Source: Macrostomum lignano (lineage: Eukaryota). Taken from it: DNA of 64,000 bases. The notes beneath the pieces are model-generated. The model was not told the DNA's origin, searched no databases, and was given only the letters and a program-made list of their open reading frames with translations. Below, piece by piece: positions 1-15,004 of the stretch. The DNA lies in the NCBI GenBank assembly GCA_002269645.1, contig NIVC01002110.1, forward strand, positions 62,001 through 126,000, in the 5' to 3' direction. How positions within the stretch are numbered: the first letter of the stretch is position 1; every line of letters starts with the position of its first letter. The translations under genes were made by a program, and so were the position numbers.

Positions 1-693
1 GGTGTTTTATTGTACGATAATACATGTGTAACGCGTAGGCTATGCCTGCTCTTTGTCCCTCGGCTCTGAGACCAAGGGGAGATCAAGAGATAAAACTTCA
101 ACCTGGATCATTTCTAACTTTTTTATTGCTCTAAAAAGACACCTTTTTATGATGTCGGGTCTAAATTTTAATCCCACAGAAATGTAGGACTTGAAGCAGA
201 TCAAGCACTCCATAGTCCTTGTTTCGCGATCTCCTTGATTCTGCACCCTTTTGCCCTGATCTGCTTGCGATATGCACGCGTATTGGGAAGATTATTGTCA
301 TGCTTTAGGCTCTCCTACCCCATATTTAGTTTACCACAATTCCTTTGCTCCGCGGTTGCTTTATAATATAAAGGCCGTGTGCCGTGTCGTGTCCCAGTTT
401 GCTGCTGTCTTGCTACCATCTGTCCTGCTCTGACACACGACCCCTGTGAGAGGGGTGAGCGCTTTGTTGGGTTATGCACATAAAGGACGCTACATTCGAG
501 TTTCTTAGCAATGAGCCCAGAATGCATAGCGCTGAATGGGGTTTGGCCATAGACAAATTCAGTCGAGTAGAAAACCGATTTGTCTAAGTGAAGCATAGCT
601 AAATGCCTCTCTAGGCATCCGGCTTATTTCTAATCAAATTGATTTTAGCGCGTGCTTCTGGTTCATTTGTCTATGGTATCACGTAGGTCAGAG

Positions 694-1150
694 CAGGGGT
701 TGGCGAACTCCGGCCCGCAAAGCCTCTATCCGGCCTCGGGTCCTTTGAAACTTCACAATAGCAATCATCTCTCTCATCTCCCCTCTCTCCTCTCTCCCCT
801 CCTCTCCCCTCTTTTCTCTTCTCTCTCATTCCCCTCTCTCCTCAATTCTTTCTCATCTTCCCTCTCTCCTCAATTCTTTCTCATCTTCCCTCTCTCCTCA
901 ATTCTTTCTCATCTCCCCTCTCTCCTCTCCTCTTCTCCCTCATCCCCTTCTCTCCTCAATTCCTTTCCATCTCCCCTCTCTCCTCTTCTCTCTCATCTCA
1001 CCTCTCTCCTCCTCTCTCTCATCTCACCTCTCTCCTCCTCTCTCTCATCTCACCTCTCTCCTCTTCTCTCTCGTCTCCCTTCTCTCCTCTTCTCTCTCAT
1101 CTCTCTGGCCCGCAATATCTGGCCCTTAAGCTAAAGTTCGCCAACCCCTG
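694..1150. mobile_element. hAT-like (Charlie-type) MITE with CT-rich interior
   Basis: Perfect 16-bp TIR CAGGGGTTGGCGAACT (694-709) / AGTTCGCCAACCCCTG (1135-1150); subterminal GGCCCGCA motifs; interior 774-1105 is CT-rich low complexity. The 8-bp flanks (GGTCAGAG vs ATGTAGAT) do not match, so there is no TSD. Confidence 0.7.
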
Positions 1151-1774
1151 ATGTAGATAGATAGAGAGTCTGGTTTCAGCTATTAGATTAGATCCCCACG
1201 AGCGGTTAATGTCAAGGTTCGCTCGGGTTCTGCTTGACCTCACGCCCCCGATGCCTGCATGCCTTGCTGTCCTCATATTGTCCCATAAAAGCTCAGCAGA
1301 TCAGGGCAGGACATTTTTTAACCCTGCAGATCATAAAGACTGTCTCTTTTGCTTTGCTTATAGAGATCAGATGCAACCAACCCTCGGTTGAGCTGACTCC
1401 CCATGGCATCGTATTGAGTATCGTCTTATCGCTGTGATCTACTTTGCATTGCCCCTACCTGCATGCCTACCTGCCCGCCTGTCTTCGAGCGTTTCCGCCC
1501 TTTGTGGCCAGGCCATGCAAACATAAAATTGCTTGACCTATGAGCCTGATCTAGGAAGCTGGAGTCTCTCAATATCAGGCTATTCTCATCTCTACATCTA
1601 ACTACTTTACCTGGATTCGTCTTGCAGATTCTAAGTATGCTAGAAGAAAAAATACTGATCGATTATGCATACATAATTTCATTCTCAGATGCCTGCTGTA
1701 TCTCATAATTTTAATGTACACATTTATTTTGACTAATATATTTTGCCGTCAACTATTTTGTAGGCTGTCTAATT

Positions 1775-2005
1775 TGACTACTCCGTTCTCTACTCTGTCT
1801 ACTTTGTCTACTTTGTCTACTCTGTCTACTTTGACTACTGAATTCTCTACTCTGTATTTTGACCATTCCGTTCTGTATTCTGTCTACCCTGTCTACTTTG
1901 TCTACTATGTCTACTTTGACTACTGCATTCTCTACTCTGTCTACTCTGTCTACTCTGTCTACTTTGACTACTCCCTTCTATCTACCATGTCTACTATGCC
2001 TACTT
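1775..2005. repeat. 9-bp tandem repeat (CTACTCTGT)n, degenerate
   Basis: Repeated ctactctgt/ctactttgt; explains the TLS-repeat ORFs. Confidence 0.9.
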
Positions 2006-2502
2006 CTATTGTACTTTCTTTTACTATTCTGTTTCCTCAATATACCCTAATGCGAATCACTTTCAAGACGATTTCGGCTAACCATTATTTTTTTCAGATC
2101 CTTTAGAAGTTTCCGAAAGCGCATATTTTTTACATAAAAGACCCCACCTTCGCTTTAATTTTCTAACATTGATACAATAGAGTAGCCCTCCCCCCCCCAC
2201 AGTCCCAACAAAATCAATCACCCATTAGCAGGTCGCGCATTAATCTGACAGGTCACGCAATATTATAACTCTGACTCTGAGTAAACAGCTCAACATGCTC
2301 GTAGGCGGATTTCTGTTAAAGACGAAACAGATCGCGATTTTGTGAACACTGGGTATGGCTCCTTAGCTTTAGTTATTCATTTAGTATATTTAGATGTGTG
2401 CCGTGTCAGTAAATCCTTTACTAAATTTCTAGAGGAATTGCTTCAAATTTGCAAATCGGGAGAAAGGCTCAATCGGTTAGTCTTGTAACTTTTCTGTCAC
2501 AT

Positions 2503-2929
2503 TCTCTCCTCTCCTCTCCTCTCCTCCCCTCTCCTCTCCTCTCCTCTCCTCTCCTCTCCTCTCCTCTCCTATCCTCTCCTCTTCTCTCCTCTCCTCTCCT
2601 CTCCTCTCCTCTCCTCTCCTCTCCTCTCCTCTCCTCTCCTCTCCTCTCCTCTCCTCTTCTCTCCTCCCCTCTCCTCCCCTCTCCTCTCCTCTCCTCTCCT
2701 CTCCTCTCCTCTCCTCTCCTCTCCTCTCCTCTCCTCTCCTCTCCTCTCCTCTCCTCTCCTCTCCTCTCCTCTCCTCTCCTCTCCTCTCCTCTCCTCTCCT
2801 CTCCTCCTCTCCTCTCCTCTCCTCTCCTCTCTCTCTCCTCTCCTCTCCTCCCCTCTCCTCTCCTCTCCTCTCCTCTCCTCTCCTCTCCTCTCCTCTCCTC
2901 TCCTCTCCTCTCCTCTCCTCTCCTCTCTC
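2503..2929. repeat. (CTCCT)n microsatellite
   Basis: Read directly; about 85 units. Confidence 0.98.
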
Positions 2930-3805
2930 CTACCTCATTCTTCAAGCCCTCAGTTCTTTATCTTCACTGCTCATATATAATTTGTGTTACTCATACTTCC
3001 ATCACCTATAGAACTAATTCACTTAACTGTATGCTTTATCATGCTCGTGAATATTGTGCCCCCAAGCTAAAGTTTCTAGTTTATAACTGTTCAGCAAACT
3101 TGTCCAGCAGGTGTTTTAAAAAACTTGCATTGTATTTGTCGCATAGTCTGAGCTTACAAGATAGTATAACTACAATATCTATTCATAGAAACTATAAACT
3201 GTAATATGGACAATGCTTCTGTTACAGGCTAGACATCTGACGAGTCTCTAAAGTCATTTAAGCCCATAATATAACCCTATATATCTACCCCCCCCCGCCA
3301 AGACAGAAGAAAGAAGACGGTTAACTACGAAAGAATGAAAAAGCAGAACAGGGGGAAATAAGGAGAAAGAACCTTGCAGGCAGGTCAACAGAGGTGACTG
3401 GGGGGTGAGTCAACAACTTCACAGGACAAAGACTGATTCATTTGATGAATTGTCATTAACTTTATGCCTTAAGAACCTTAACTAAAAATCAAAATCAAAA
3501 ATTTTCTATTTGCCTTGCGGTTCATATTGCGAAGCTAATGACGTCATTTGGGAGTTGGGAAGTGGGCCTGTTCTGTTACGTAATGCTCTTGTGAAGGAGG
3601 TCAACTGCCGTTGTGTTCGACGTGACATCTTGTAATTAAGATAGATATGAAGATTTTCTAAAAAAATGATAGGAGCTTTCCTCTGTTTTTTACAGCTTTT
3701 TTTACAGAATTCCTCTGTTTTCAATCTGACAAGAATATGTTAACCGCCTTAGCTTTGATGAGACATTTAAGAGACCTGTTTATTCTCTTAGTTTTAAGAG
3801 ATAAG

Positions 3806-4105
3806 ATATGACAGATAGATAGGGAGGGAAGAGAGTGAAGAGATAAGGGAAGGAAAGAGAGAGTAGAGATAAGGGAAGGAGGAAAGAGAGAGTAGAGATA
3901 AGGGAAGGAAAGAGAGAGTAGAGATAAGGGAAGGAGGAAAGAGAGAGTAGAGATAAGGGAAGGAAAGAGAGAGTAGAGATAAGGGAAGGAGGAAAGAGAG
4001 AGTAGAGATAAGGGAGGGAAGAGAGAATAGAGATAAGGGAAGGAAAGAGAGAGTAGAGATAGGGAGGGAAGAGAGTGAAGAGAGTGAAGAGGAGAGATAA
4101 GGGAG
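3806..4105. repeat. Purine-rich ~30-bp minisatellite
   Basis: Unit GAGAGTAGAGATAAGGGAAGGA(GGA)AAGA repeated. Confidence 0.9.
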
Positions 4106-4936
4106 ACAAGAGAATAGATTAGAAGGCCAAGCAGAGGGCAAATAAAATATAAAAGCTGTACCGGCACCGTAGTTTCAATAATATTATTAATATTCAGAGT
4201 GCCTTGTTTATACTAAACGCCCCCTCTCTCAATCCTGGAACGCATATAAAGAAATAAAAACTCAAGCTTTTTACACCCAACGTGACCCAGAAAAGACCTT
4301 GCTCTGTATTAATTAAATAATTAACTGTGCATGTGGGCAGGCAAAATGGCAATGGCATGGCAAGCTATAGAGGGTCGAATTAAAGCTAATTAAGTCCGTA
4401 TTATTATCAACAATATTATTTGTATCGAGTTGAGTGCCAATTATAGCATTCCATGTCACGAATAGCTGTCTTTAATCACAAGTAGAGCGATCTACGAGTA
4501 TGCCATTGGAATCCTATTATAAACCTGTTTAGTTAGAGCTGCTGTTGTTGTTGTTGTCGTGGGTGGCTGGGTTGCGTAATACTTCCTGGGTAAAACAGTC
4601 CTGTTTGGGAGGCAGGCGATTTTGTTTAGTGTTCCGAAGCCACACTGGCAGTTATAGATATGATTACACAGTTCTTCGTTAGTGAGAAGGTCTATGCTGG
4701 GGGATTTAGTGAGTTTAGTGAAGCGTCAAATGCAGCACGGAAGGTGAATATGATGGCCAATGGCTCACTTGGCCAATTTCTGACTCAAAATGGCATTACT
4801 ATACTGGGCTACAATCAACTATAGGAAAGAGTATAATGGGTGAAGGAGTTCACGAAGGATCCACAGTTATAGTTTGAAAGAATACAAAACAAGCCTTGAA
4901 TTTTTTATTCGACATTAAAATATTGTGCTTTTCAGA

Positions 4937-5525
4937 GCCGACACCCCTAGACACCATAAAAATGAGGTGGTTGTTAAAGAGCCAACATCCCTAGACACCA
5001 TAAAATGGGGCGGTTGTTAAAGTGTCAACACCCCTAGACACCATAAAATGGGGCGGTTGTTAAAGAGTCAACACCCCTAGACACCATAAAATGGGGCGGT
5101 TGTTAAAGTGTCAACACCCCTAGACACCATAAAATGGGGCGGTTGTTAAAGTGTCAACACCCCTAGACACCATAAAATAGGGGCGGTTGTTAAAGAGTCA
5201 ACACCCCTAGACACCATAAAATGGGGCGGTTGTTAAAGAGTCAACACTCCTAGACACCATAAAATGGGGCGGTTGTTAAAGAGTCAACACCCCTAGACAC
5301 CATAAAATGGGGCGGTTGTTAAAGAGTCAACACCCCTAGACACCATAAAATGGGGCGGTTGTTAAAGAGTCAACACCCCTAGACACCATAAAATGGGGCG
5401 GTTGTTAAAGAGTCAACACTCCTAGACACCATAAAATGGGGCGGTTGTTAAAGAGTCAACACTCCTAGACACCATAAAATTGGGGTGGTTGTTAAAGAGC
5501 CATCACCTCCCAAACACTATAAAAT
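4937..5525. repeat. 43-bp minisatellite, ~13 copies
   Basis: Unit ACACCCCTAGACACCATAAAATGGGGCGGTTGTTAAAGAGTCA, head-to-tail, no spacers. Confidence 0.97.
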
Positions 5526-5609
5526 GGGGTGGTTGTCGGTGCCCAACCCCCAGACAGAGTAAAATCGGTAGTTAATCACAGGCCAATCGACCACCAATAA
5601 CATTCACAG

Positions 5610-7966
5610 ACACGATCTGGTCGACTAGCTTCGACTTTCTTTTCGGTCGACGGTATCCCGCCATCCGATGCCGCCGGAGCGAGCCGGCGCCGAGCCCGTG
5701 GCCGCCGGTGGCACGGGAGTGACAGCCGAGGTGGCCAATTTTGTACTGGCCCTGTGCCTACTGCTCATCCGCTATCCGTCCACATTCTGGCTGTCTAGCC
5801 GACCATTTTCGCTGCTATTCTCCGGCGTCCTGTGCTCTTGCTGCGTTCACGTGATGCTGTCTAGGGAGGCTTCGGCCGTGCTGCTGCGTGTTGGCGTTGT
5901 CGGCGGTTCGACAGACGGCGGCGGCAGCGGCGGCAGCGGCGGCAGCTGCCTGCCAGCAGCTGCGGTGCCCGCTCTGCAGACCCTCAGCGATCTGATGCTG
6001 CTAACGGCTTGTGTGGCCTTCTTCGAGTTTGGCTATGGACGGGTGCGAATTAGGAGAACTGCGGGAGAGTGACTAATAGACTGACTGGGAGAGTGACTGG
6101 GAGAGTCAATGAAAGAGTGACAAGGGAGAGTGACGGATAGAGTGACCAGATGACTGACTGAAATACTGACAGAGAGGGACGGAGAAAGTGACCTGGAAAG
6201 TGACTGGAATAGTGACCAGGAGGGTGACCGGAGAGTGACCGGTAGACTAACTGGGAGAGTGACTGGTAGACTGATCGGTTGAGTGACTGGGAGAGTCACT
6301 GAAAGAGTGACAAGGTAGAGTGACGGAGAGAGTGACTGGGAGAGTGACTGGTACTGGTAGACTGACCGGGAGAGTCACTGAAAGAGTGACAAGGGAGAGT
6401 GACGGAGAGAGTGACCAGGAGGGTGACCGGGAGAATGACTGAGAGAGTGGCTGAAGGAGTGACCGGGAGAGTGACTGAGAGAGTGACCGGAAGAGTGATT
6501 GAGTTGAGCATCAACCCCGCTTCCAGATTCTGTCCAGCCTACGCCAGCTGCGGCCGTATCTGCTGGAGCAGCAGAAGCAGCAACAGCAGCAGCGTCTGCT
6601 GCAATCAAAGCAGCCCGACCACCTGGACTCGGTGTCGAACTGCATCGCCCCAAGCGGCAGCGACTTCTCCACTGGTGGCCCAGCGGCGTCAGAAGCAGCC
6701 GTGGAACCGACCGCCTGCTGTCAGCGAGGCGTCCTGGCCGCCCAGGTGCTCGGCTCGTTGCTCATGCTGGCCTCGGCGGTGATCAAAGCTCCGCTATTCT
6801 GGGACTGGCTGTCTCTGTACAGACAGCGCCAATTGCCCGTGCTTCTAGGAGCTGTGATTTCTGGCGGAGTCTACGCTCTGGTCTGGACCGCAGCCTGGCT
6901 GCTGCTCGGCCTGTGCCGCGGCTCCCCGCTGTGCCGGTTCGACATTCAAATCGAGCTGCAGCAAATGCTGGACGAAGTCGACGACGGACAGCTAGCTGGC
7001 CGGGACGTCGGCGAGGAGGAGCATCTGGGAGATGATGAGGCGGCTGGCGCTGGAGACGGCAATCCCGGCATCGACGGAGGCGCGGCGACGCGGGGCCAGA
7101 GTCATCTGCAGTCGACGTCTGGCTACGTGTACCACCACCTGCACGGCATGGTGCCGACCATCTCGGAGCGGCTGGACTCATCCGCCAGCGAGGACGGCGG
7201 CGCCAGCAGCGCCGATTCTGCCGACAGGATGCGAGCGAGCGGCCTGGTGAAGTACCAGGTTCGGCGAGACTCGGCCGGTGGCAGTTTGAAGCGGAGTCCC
7301 GGCAACGGCGGTCACAACCGGGTGGTCACTTTCAAGGAGGGCTCCGTCGGTGGCGGCTCAGGCGGCGCCGCTGGCGGCGGAGGGCCGACGCTGCCTCAGC
7401 TGTCGTTTCTGGCGTCGACAGCGTCGCCAGCGTCCAGTCAGGTCGGCGGAGCCTCGTCGTCAGATAGCGGCGTGGCGGACTATCAGTTTCATCAGCACCT
7501 GCTGCACCATCAGCAGCATCAGCAGGCGCCGCTATTCTCAGCATTCGGTGGAGGTCACGAGCCCGTGGCCACCTACGCAACTAGAAGTGAAGTCTTCGCT
7601 CCCGCCACGTCGTTTCCGTCGCTGCCGCCGCCTCCGCCGCTGCCTCCGCTATCGTCGCCGCACGCTTTGTCAGTAGCCTCGACGGCTTCAGTGTCAACTC
7701 GGGTGCCGGACATCCTCATGACCAGGTGCGGCCAGTTCCAGCATCAGCAGCTTCAGCAGGGTGCGCACAGCAGCAGTCTGGGCCGCGGCTCTCGGAAGCC
7801 GCCGCTGTCAATTTTCGGCAGGCAGATGAGCGGCTCCGAACTGCTCGAAATGCTGCCCCCGCCGCCTTCGCCTCCACCGCCGCCGCCGCCGCCGACCTCA
7901 ACGAATCAGCAGATGAGTTCCATGATGCTTGACGAGCACGTGGATGGGTTGTGCAGTCAGGTGTGA
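5610..7966 (+). CDS. tinc: Tincar-like multipass membrane protein, 3' part (exons 5610-6042 and 6527-7966; 5' exons not located)
   Basis: Translated motifs IWSTSFDFLF, LLIRYPSTFW, FEFGYGR and KAPLFWDW...VYALVWTAAWLLL resemble tincar-family segments as I recall them. Acceptor cacag|5610; phase-0 donor CGG|gtgcg at 6042/6043; acceptor ttccag|6527 in frame with ORF 6632-7966. A one-base frameshift lies between about 5650 and 5720. Confidence 0.7.
6060..6500. repeat. Degenerate ~10-bp repeat (GAGAGTGACT-like) filling the tincar-like intron
   Basis: gagagtgact/gagagtgacc units between the donor (6043) and acceptor (6526). Confidence 0.9.
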
Positions 7967-7999
7967 GACGTTGCGCAACTTTTGAGGTTGTCTCTGGAT

Positions 8000-8435
8000 G
8001 CAACAGGATTCTCCTTGGATGCAAAGGGCTTTCCCTTGGATTCAGATAGGAATGGATTCCCCTTGAGATTCCTGGGGTACGACAGGATTCCCCTTGTATA
8101 CGAATGGATTCCCTTAAATACGAAAGGATTCCCCTTGGATACTTAAGAATTCCCTTTGGATATGAAAGGATTCCCTTTGGGTACGAAAGGATTCCCTTTG
8201 GATACTTAAGGATTCCCTTTGGATACTTAAGAATTCCCTTTGGATACGAAAGGATTCTCCTTGGATACAAAAGGATTCCCTTTGGATACTTAAGGATTCC
8301 CTTTGGATACGAAAGAATTCCCATTGGATACGAAAGGATTCCCCTTGGATACGAAAGAATTCCCATTGGATACGAAAGGATTTCCCTTGGATACGAAAGA
8401 ATTCCCATTGGATACGAAAGGATTTCCCTTGGATA
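8000..8435. repeat. 21-bp minisatellite
   Basis: Unit GGATTCCCCTTGGATACGAAA, starting about 35 bp after the tincar-like stop codon. Confidence 0.95.
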
Positions 8436-8847
8436 AGACTTGGATACTACGGGATTTGCCCTGGATATTATTGGACTTCCCATTGAATACGACAGAGTTT
8501 TACATCGATAAAAATTAATTTCTCCTGGATACAAATAAAAATTTTGAGACTAATTGGCTTAAAATATTTGCGACACTTTAATTTGCGTAAAAATGTTTGT
8601 GCACATTATGATTGCAGTCATTAGTTAGTCCTATATAGTGTGATAATTGTACTCAATTATTGCGCACAGCTCATCATATGCGTAGGATAATTAAATTTTA
8701 ATTGCTTTAGTTTTTATTACCAACAGTCTTAACCAAAGTTATTAACAATACCTGCTCACGGCTTTAATCTTTTAAAAATAGCAGAACTTCTTTCATTGTT
8801 GCATAGTAAATATATTCACTTCATGGATCTGCGTGTTTCTCTTCGCA

Positions 8848-9508
8848 TGGCGCTAAACTGATAGTCAGGATGGCGCTAAACTGATAGTCAGGATGGCGCT
8901 AAACTGATAGTCAGGGTGGCGCTAAACTGATAGTCAGGGTGGCGCTAAACTGATAGTCAGGATGGCGCTAAACTGATAGTCAGGGTGGCGCTAAACTGAT
9001 AGTCAGGGTGGCGCTAAACTGATAGTCAGGATGGCGCTAAACTGATAGTCAGGGTGGCGCTAAACTGATAGTCAGGATGGCGCTAAACTGATAGTCAGGG
9101 TGGCGCTAAACTGATAGTCAGGGTGGCGCTAAACTGATAGTCAGGGTGGCGCTAAACTGATAGTCAGGGTGGCGCTAAACTGATAGTCAGGGTGGCGCTA
9201 AACTGATAGTCAGGGTGGCGCTAAACTGATAGTCAGGATGGCGCTTAACTGATAGTCAGGGTGGCGCTAAACTGATAGTCAGGATGGCGCTTAACTGATA
9301 GTCAGGGTGGCGCTAAACTGATAGTCAGGATGGCGCTAAACTGATAGTCAGGGTGGCGCTAAACTGATAGTCAGGGTGGCGCTAAACTGATAGTCAGGGT
9401 GGCGCTAAACTGATAGTCAGGGTGGCGCTAAACTGATAGTCAGGATGGCGCTAAACTGATAGTCAGGGTGGCGCTAAACTGATGATAGTCAGGATGGCGC
9501 TAAACTGA
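8848..9508. repeat. 23-bp minisatellite, ~28 copies
   Basis: Unit GGCGCTAAACTGATAGTCAGG(G/A)T. Confidence 0.98.
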
Positions 9509-10218
9509 TGCTCATAAAATGGTGAGGTGCCGCTAAAGAAAACTTTTCACAGAGGAACTTAGCGACTATGCACAGAAAAAGCAGCTTGTTTAAGCATTCT
9601 CGGATATTATGATTTCTTATTTTGTTAATCCGCGATGAAATAAACCGGCCTTTTCTTAGAAAACACATTTGCTTCAACTTTCAGCACGAATGGCAGTTGT
9701 TGAGCAAAAATATTTAAAGTACCGACACTTAACAAATGCAAACCGACTGCCAGTGGTTCAGACTCTAATTAATTTGCTGTCTTCCTGTAGATTTTCCTCC
9801 GCAGACTTTCTTGTCTGGTTGGAGCCACACTTCATTTTTAGCTTTTCTGTTGTTTTCTTTTGCACTTCTGCTGCCTATCCCTTGAGAGCTGAGACTCTGG
9901 GAGCCTCGGGAGTTCCTTGGCCTGACTTTCCAGCCTTCGAAATGATTTTTGTCAAAGTCCTTCGGACAAGTTTCTCTGTAATGCCAGATTCTGTTGGCGA
10001 TTTGGAGACCAGAATCTAAAAATTGGCTGGCAAAGAAACGGTGTTTCTTCGATTTGTCAGTCAACTGTCAAAACAAACCTCTTCCCAACCTTGTCGAATC
10101 CCAAGAGCAAAATAAATTAAATGTGTGTAAAACAAAATAAGCTCATGTGTTACAGTTTTTCCTAGCTTCCATCATCTCCTAAGAGCAGCTGTCGCCCCAA
10201 TATATAAACTCTGCTTCT

Positions 10219-10737
<519 letters not shown>

Positions 10738-11149
10738 GGTGTCACTTTACCTATCTGTCACTCATCGCTCTGTTTTAATTAACTTTTGCTCCAACCGCCT
10801 CAGCAAGTATTTTGTCAGTCAGCTCCATGAATTTAAAAAGGGATTCATTGCTGGCGTAACCGTCCATTTGCCCGGGACAATGAATTGGGTGAGTGAGTCA
10901 TAGCCTAAAAATAGCTTTGGCCAATAAAATGGGGGCGCATTGCGGTTATAGCGAAATCGATTCCAAACTCCGGTTTGCCTAGAAATTCTCTTCTCTCCTT
11001 TCCAAACAAAAACACACTTTTTCTCTTTCTTTAGTCAGCAGGTGACTGAGCGTCCTGAGTCATGGAGTCCTGGCCGGACCCAGGGACTGGATTGGAAACT
11101 TTTGGATCAAAATATAGACAGAGAATCTTCACATCTTCACATACAAATA

Positions 11150-12087
11150 ACAGAATCTTCCAAATCCCCAAATCTTCACAAGTCCCCAAATCCTCACAAA
11201 ATCCTCAAAAATCCCCAGATCCTCAAAAATCCATAAATTCTCACAAATCCCCAGATCTTCACAAATCCCTAAATCCTCACAAAATCCTCACAAATACCAA
11301 AATCCTCACAAATCCCCAAATCCTCACAATTCCCTAAATCCTCACAATTCCCTAATCCTCACAAATCCCGAAATCATCACAAATCCCCAAACCTCACAAA
11401 TCCCCAAATCTTCACAAATCCCCAAATCCTCACAAATCCCCAAATCTTCACAAGTCCCCAAATCCTCAAAAAATCCTCAAAAATCCCCAGATCCTCACAA
11501 ATCCATAAATTCTCACAAATCCCCAGATCTTCACAAATCCCTAAATCCTCACAAAATCCTCACAAATACCAAAATCCTCACAAATCCCCAAATCCTCACA
11601 ATTCCCTAAATCCTCACAATTCCCTAATCCTCACAAATCCCGAAATCATCACAAATCCCCAAACCTCACAAATCCCCAAATCTTCACAAATCCCCAAATC
11701 CTCACAAATCCCCAAATCTTCACAAGTCCCCAAATCCTCAAAAAATCCTCAAAAATCCCCAGATCCTCACAAATCCATAAATTCTCACAAATCCCCAGAT
11801 CTTCACAAATCCCTAAATCCTCACAAAATCCTCACAAATACCAAAATCCTCACAAATCCCGAAATCCTCACAAATCCCCAACCCTCACAAATCCCCAAAT
11901 CTTCACAAATCCCTAAATCTTCACAAAATCCCAAATCCTCGCAAAACCCCAAACCCTCACAAATCCCCAAATCTTCACAAATCCCCAAATCCTCACAAAT
12001 CCCCAAATCCTCACAAATCCCCAAATCCTCACAAATCCCCAAATCTTCACAAATCCCCAGATCCTCACAAATCTCCAAATCCTCACA
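11150..12087. repeat. ~18-bp minisatellite with a 272-bp higher-order repeat
   Basis: Unit AAATCCTCACAAATCCCC; the diagnostic variant CCATAAATTCTC recurs at 11231, 11503 and 11775. Confidence 0.92.
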
Positions 12088-12920
12088 AAGTAAAATAGCA
12101 GTTAAAAATGCAATTTACAAGTAAAATGCGCAGTTTAATGCGCAACTGAATGATAAATTTGCTGAGTCCCTAAAGTATAAAGCAATTTCCAGATGCAAAG
12201 TTTAGTAGTCCAGGCTTCTGCCCCGGGCCCTTGTCCCCCTTTTCGCCTCTTATTCATTCTTTATTCTTCCCCTGTTCCCAAATGAGTCTTTGTTGCACTA
12301 CCCAATTGTCTGTCACCCCCACCCACTCACTCAGCCCAAACCCCCATTGCTCATAGTCACAGACCTGAGTGAGTAACCCGTATGTTCATGTTTGACAAGG
12401 ACCTTTGTCCTTAGCTTGCTTGCACAGGGGACTACTGCAGTCTCTTGGGACTCGCGCATAAGAGTGCAATCAGTGCATGCTTGCTTAGCGCCAGCTATTA
12501 TCTTCACCCCCCTCCAAAAAACTGATAGGGTTGAGTTTAGATGCAGGAATTTTATTGGGTTATATAATCTTTAAAATATTTTTGTCAGTCTTCGTTACAG
12601 TCTGACAGCTTCACACAACTTCTCCCATGCATAATTGTCCCCTATAGTGATTTTATCTATGATTCTAGATCATTCTAAAGTTTGGAACAAAGACCAATTC
12701 CTCTTGCTGCAATGAATATAGTCATGCATAACATTGCCATATCTAATCAATAAAAACGTAAAAACAGCTGATTAAGCAAAATAGACTAGCATTGTTCGCC
12801 GTTATTGTTATGTGCTGCATCTGCAGTTCTTCATTAATTTTGCACAGCCAGCTAAGTCATAAAACTGTTTTTCTATGATTTTCATAGCGTGACGGACTGT
12901 GGACTGATACCCTCGTAGCT

Positions 12921-13908
<988 letters not shown>

Positions 13909-14307
13909 ATACTGTTTAGAATACAAATTTCGCTGGAATATTTTGGGTGGAGTCATGTCAACCAGGACGGTGAGATTAAGAATTAGAAAAAGTGATGAAC
14001 TCATGATGGCTTCTTAAATCCCTATATAGCATAGCGGTCCCAGGCAGTGATTGACTCCCAACTCAGGGCAGGCATGTGTGTGCAAGCGGGAACAGTTCAG
14101 TCCATTCAAACTGACTGATGATGACAATAGGGGATGCTGTGACATTCCCCGACCCTCACAGGTGTAAGCCTTCCCATTTTACTGTGTGTAAAAAATCTTC
14201 AATACATTAAGTTTTAGCCATGCTTCATTTCTGACACAGGAAACTTGACAGACAGCCATAGACATTTAAATTATTACAAATGCTTTGCATCTCAATTATT
14301 AGGTCAG

Positions 14308-15004
14308 CTGGAATCCTGACACAGCCAGGTGGTGGACTTCTAGTCCAATATAGACACTTGGACTGGAATCCTGACACAGCCAGGTGGTGGACTTCTAGTC
14401 CAATATAGACACTTGGACTGGAATCCTGACACAGCCAGGTGGTGGACTTCTAGTCCAATATAGACACTTGGACTGGAATCCTGACACAGCTAGATGGTGG
14501 ACTTCTAGTCCAATATAGACACTTGGACTGGAATCCTGACACAGCTAGATGGTGGACTTCTAGTCCAATATAAGCACTTGGACTGGAATCCTGACACAGC
14601 CAGGTGGTGGACTTCTAGTCCAATATAGACACTTGGACTGGAATCCTGACACAGCCAGGTGGTGGACTTCTAGTCCAATATAGACACTTGGACTGGAATC
14701 CTGACACAGCTAGATGGTGGACTTCTAGTCCAATATAAGCACTTGGACTGGAATCCTGACACAGCTAGATGGTGGACTTCTAGTCCAATATAAGCACTTG
14801 GACTGGAATCCTGACACAGCTAGATGGTGGACTTCTAGTCCAATATAGACACTTGAACTGGAAACCTGGCACAGCTACATCGTGGACTTCTAGTCATATA
14901 TAAACACTTGGACTGGAAACCTGGCACAGCTACATCGTGGACTTCTAGTCATATATAAACACTTGGACTGGAAACCTGACACAGCTACATAGTGGAGTTC
15001 TAGT
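14308..15004. repeat. 55-bp minisatellite, ~12 copies
   Basis: Unit CTGGAATCCTGACACAGCCAGGTGGTGGACTTCTAGTCCAATATAGACACTTGGA. Confidence 0.97.

Noticed and set aside
315-596. ORF with EFVYGQTPF, reminiscent of kinase subdomain IX
   Set aside because: No acceptor AG in front of the motif, no other kinase motifs nearby, and the match overlaps the recurrent GTCTATGG repeat motif.
548-675. 11-bp inverted repeat CATAGACAAAT / ATTTGTCTATG as a MITE
   Set aside because: Short, no target-site duplication; kept only as an instance of the recurrent motif.
1234-1437. Possible upstream tincar exon (CLHALL..AQQIRAG)
   Set aside because: Spacing does not fit my recollection of the family motif and no phase-consistent splice sites were established.
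3237-3270. CTGACGA hammerhead-like box
   Set aside because: No stem II followed by GAAA, and no stem I.
4937-5525. CRISPR-like appearance of the 43-, 55- and 151-bp repeats (also 14308, 39736, 57870)
   Set aside because: Units are head-to-tail with no unique spacers; no cas genes; eukaryotic spliced context.
7716-8534. YPKGIL / YERIPFG repeat ORFs on both strands
   Set aside because: By-product of a 21-bp (3n) minisatellite just 3' of a stop codon.
9489-10064. Short ORFs between the 23-mer and (GATA)n
   Set aside because: No recognisable motifs or consistent exon structure.
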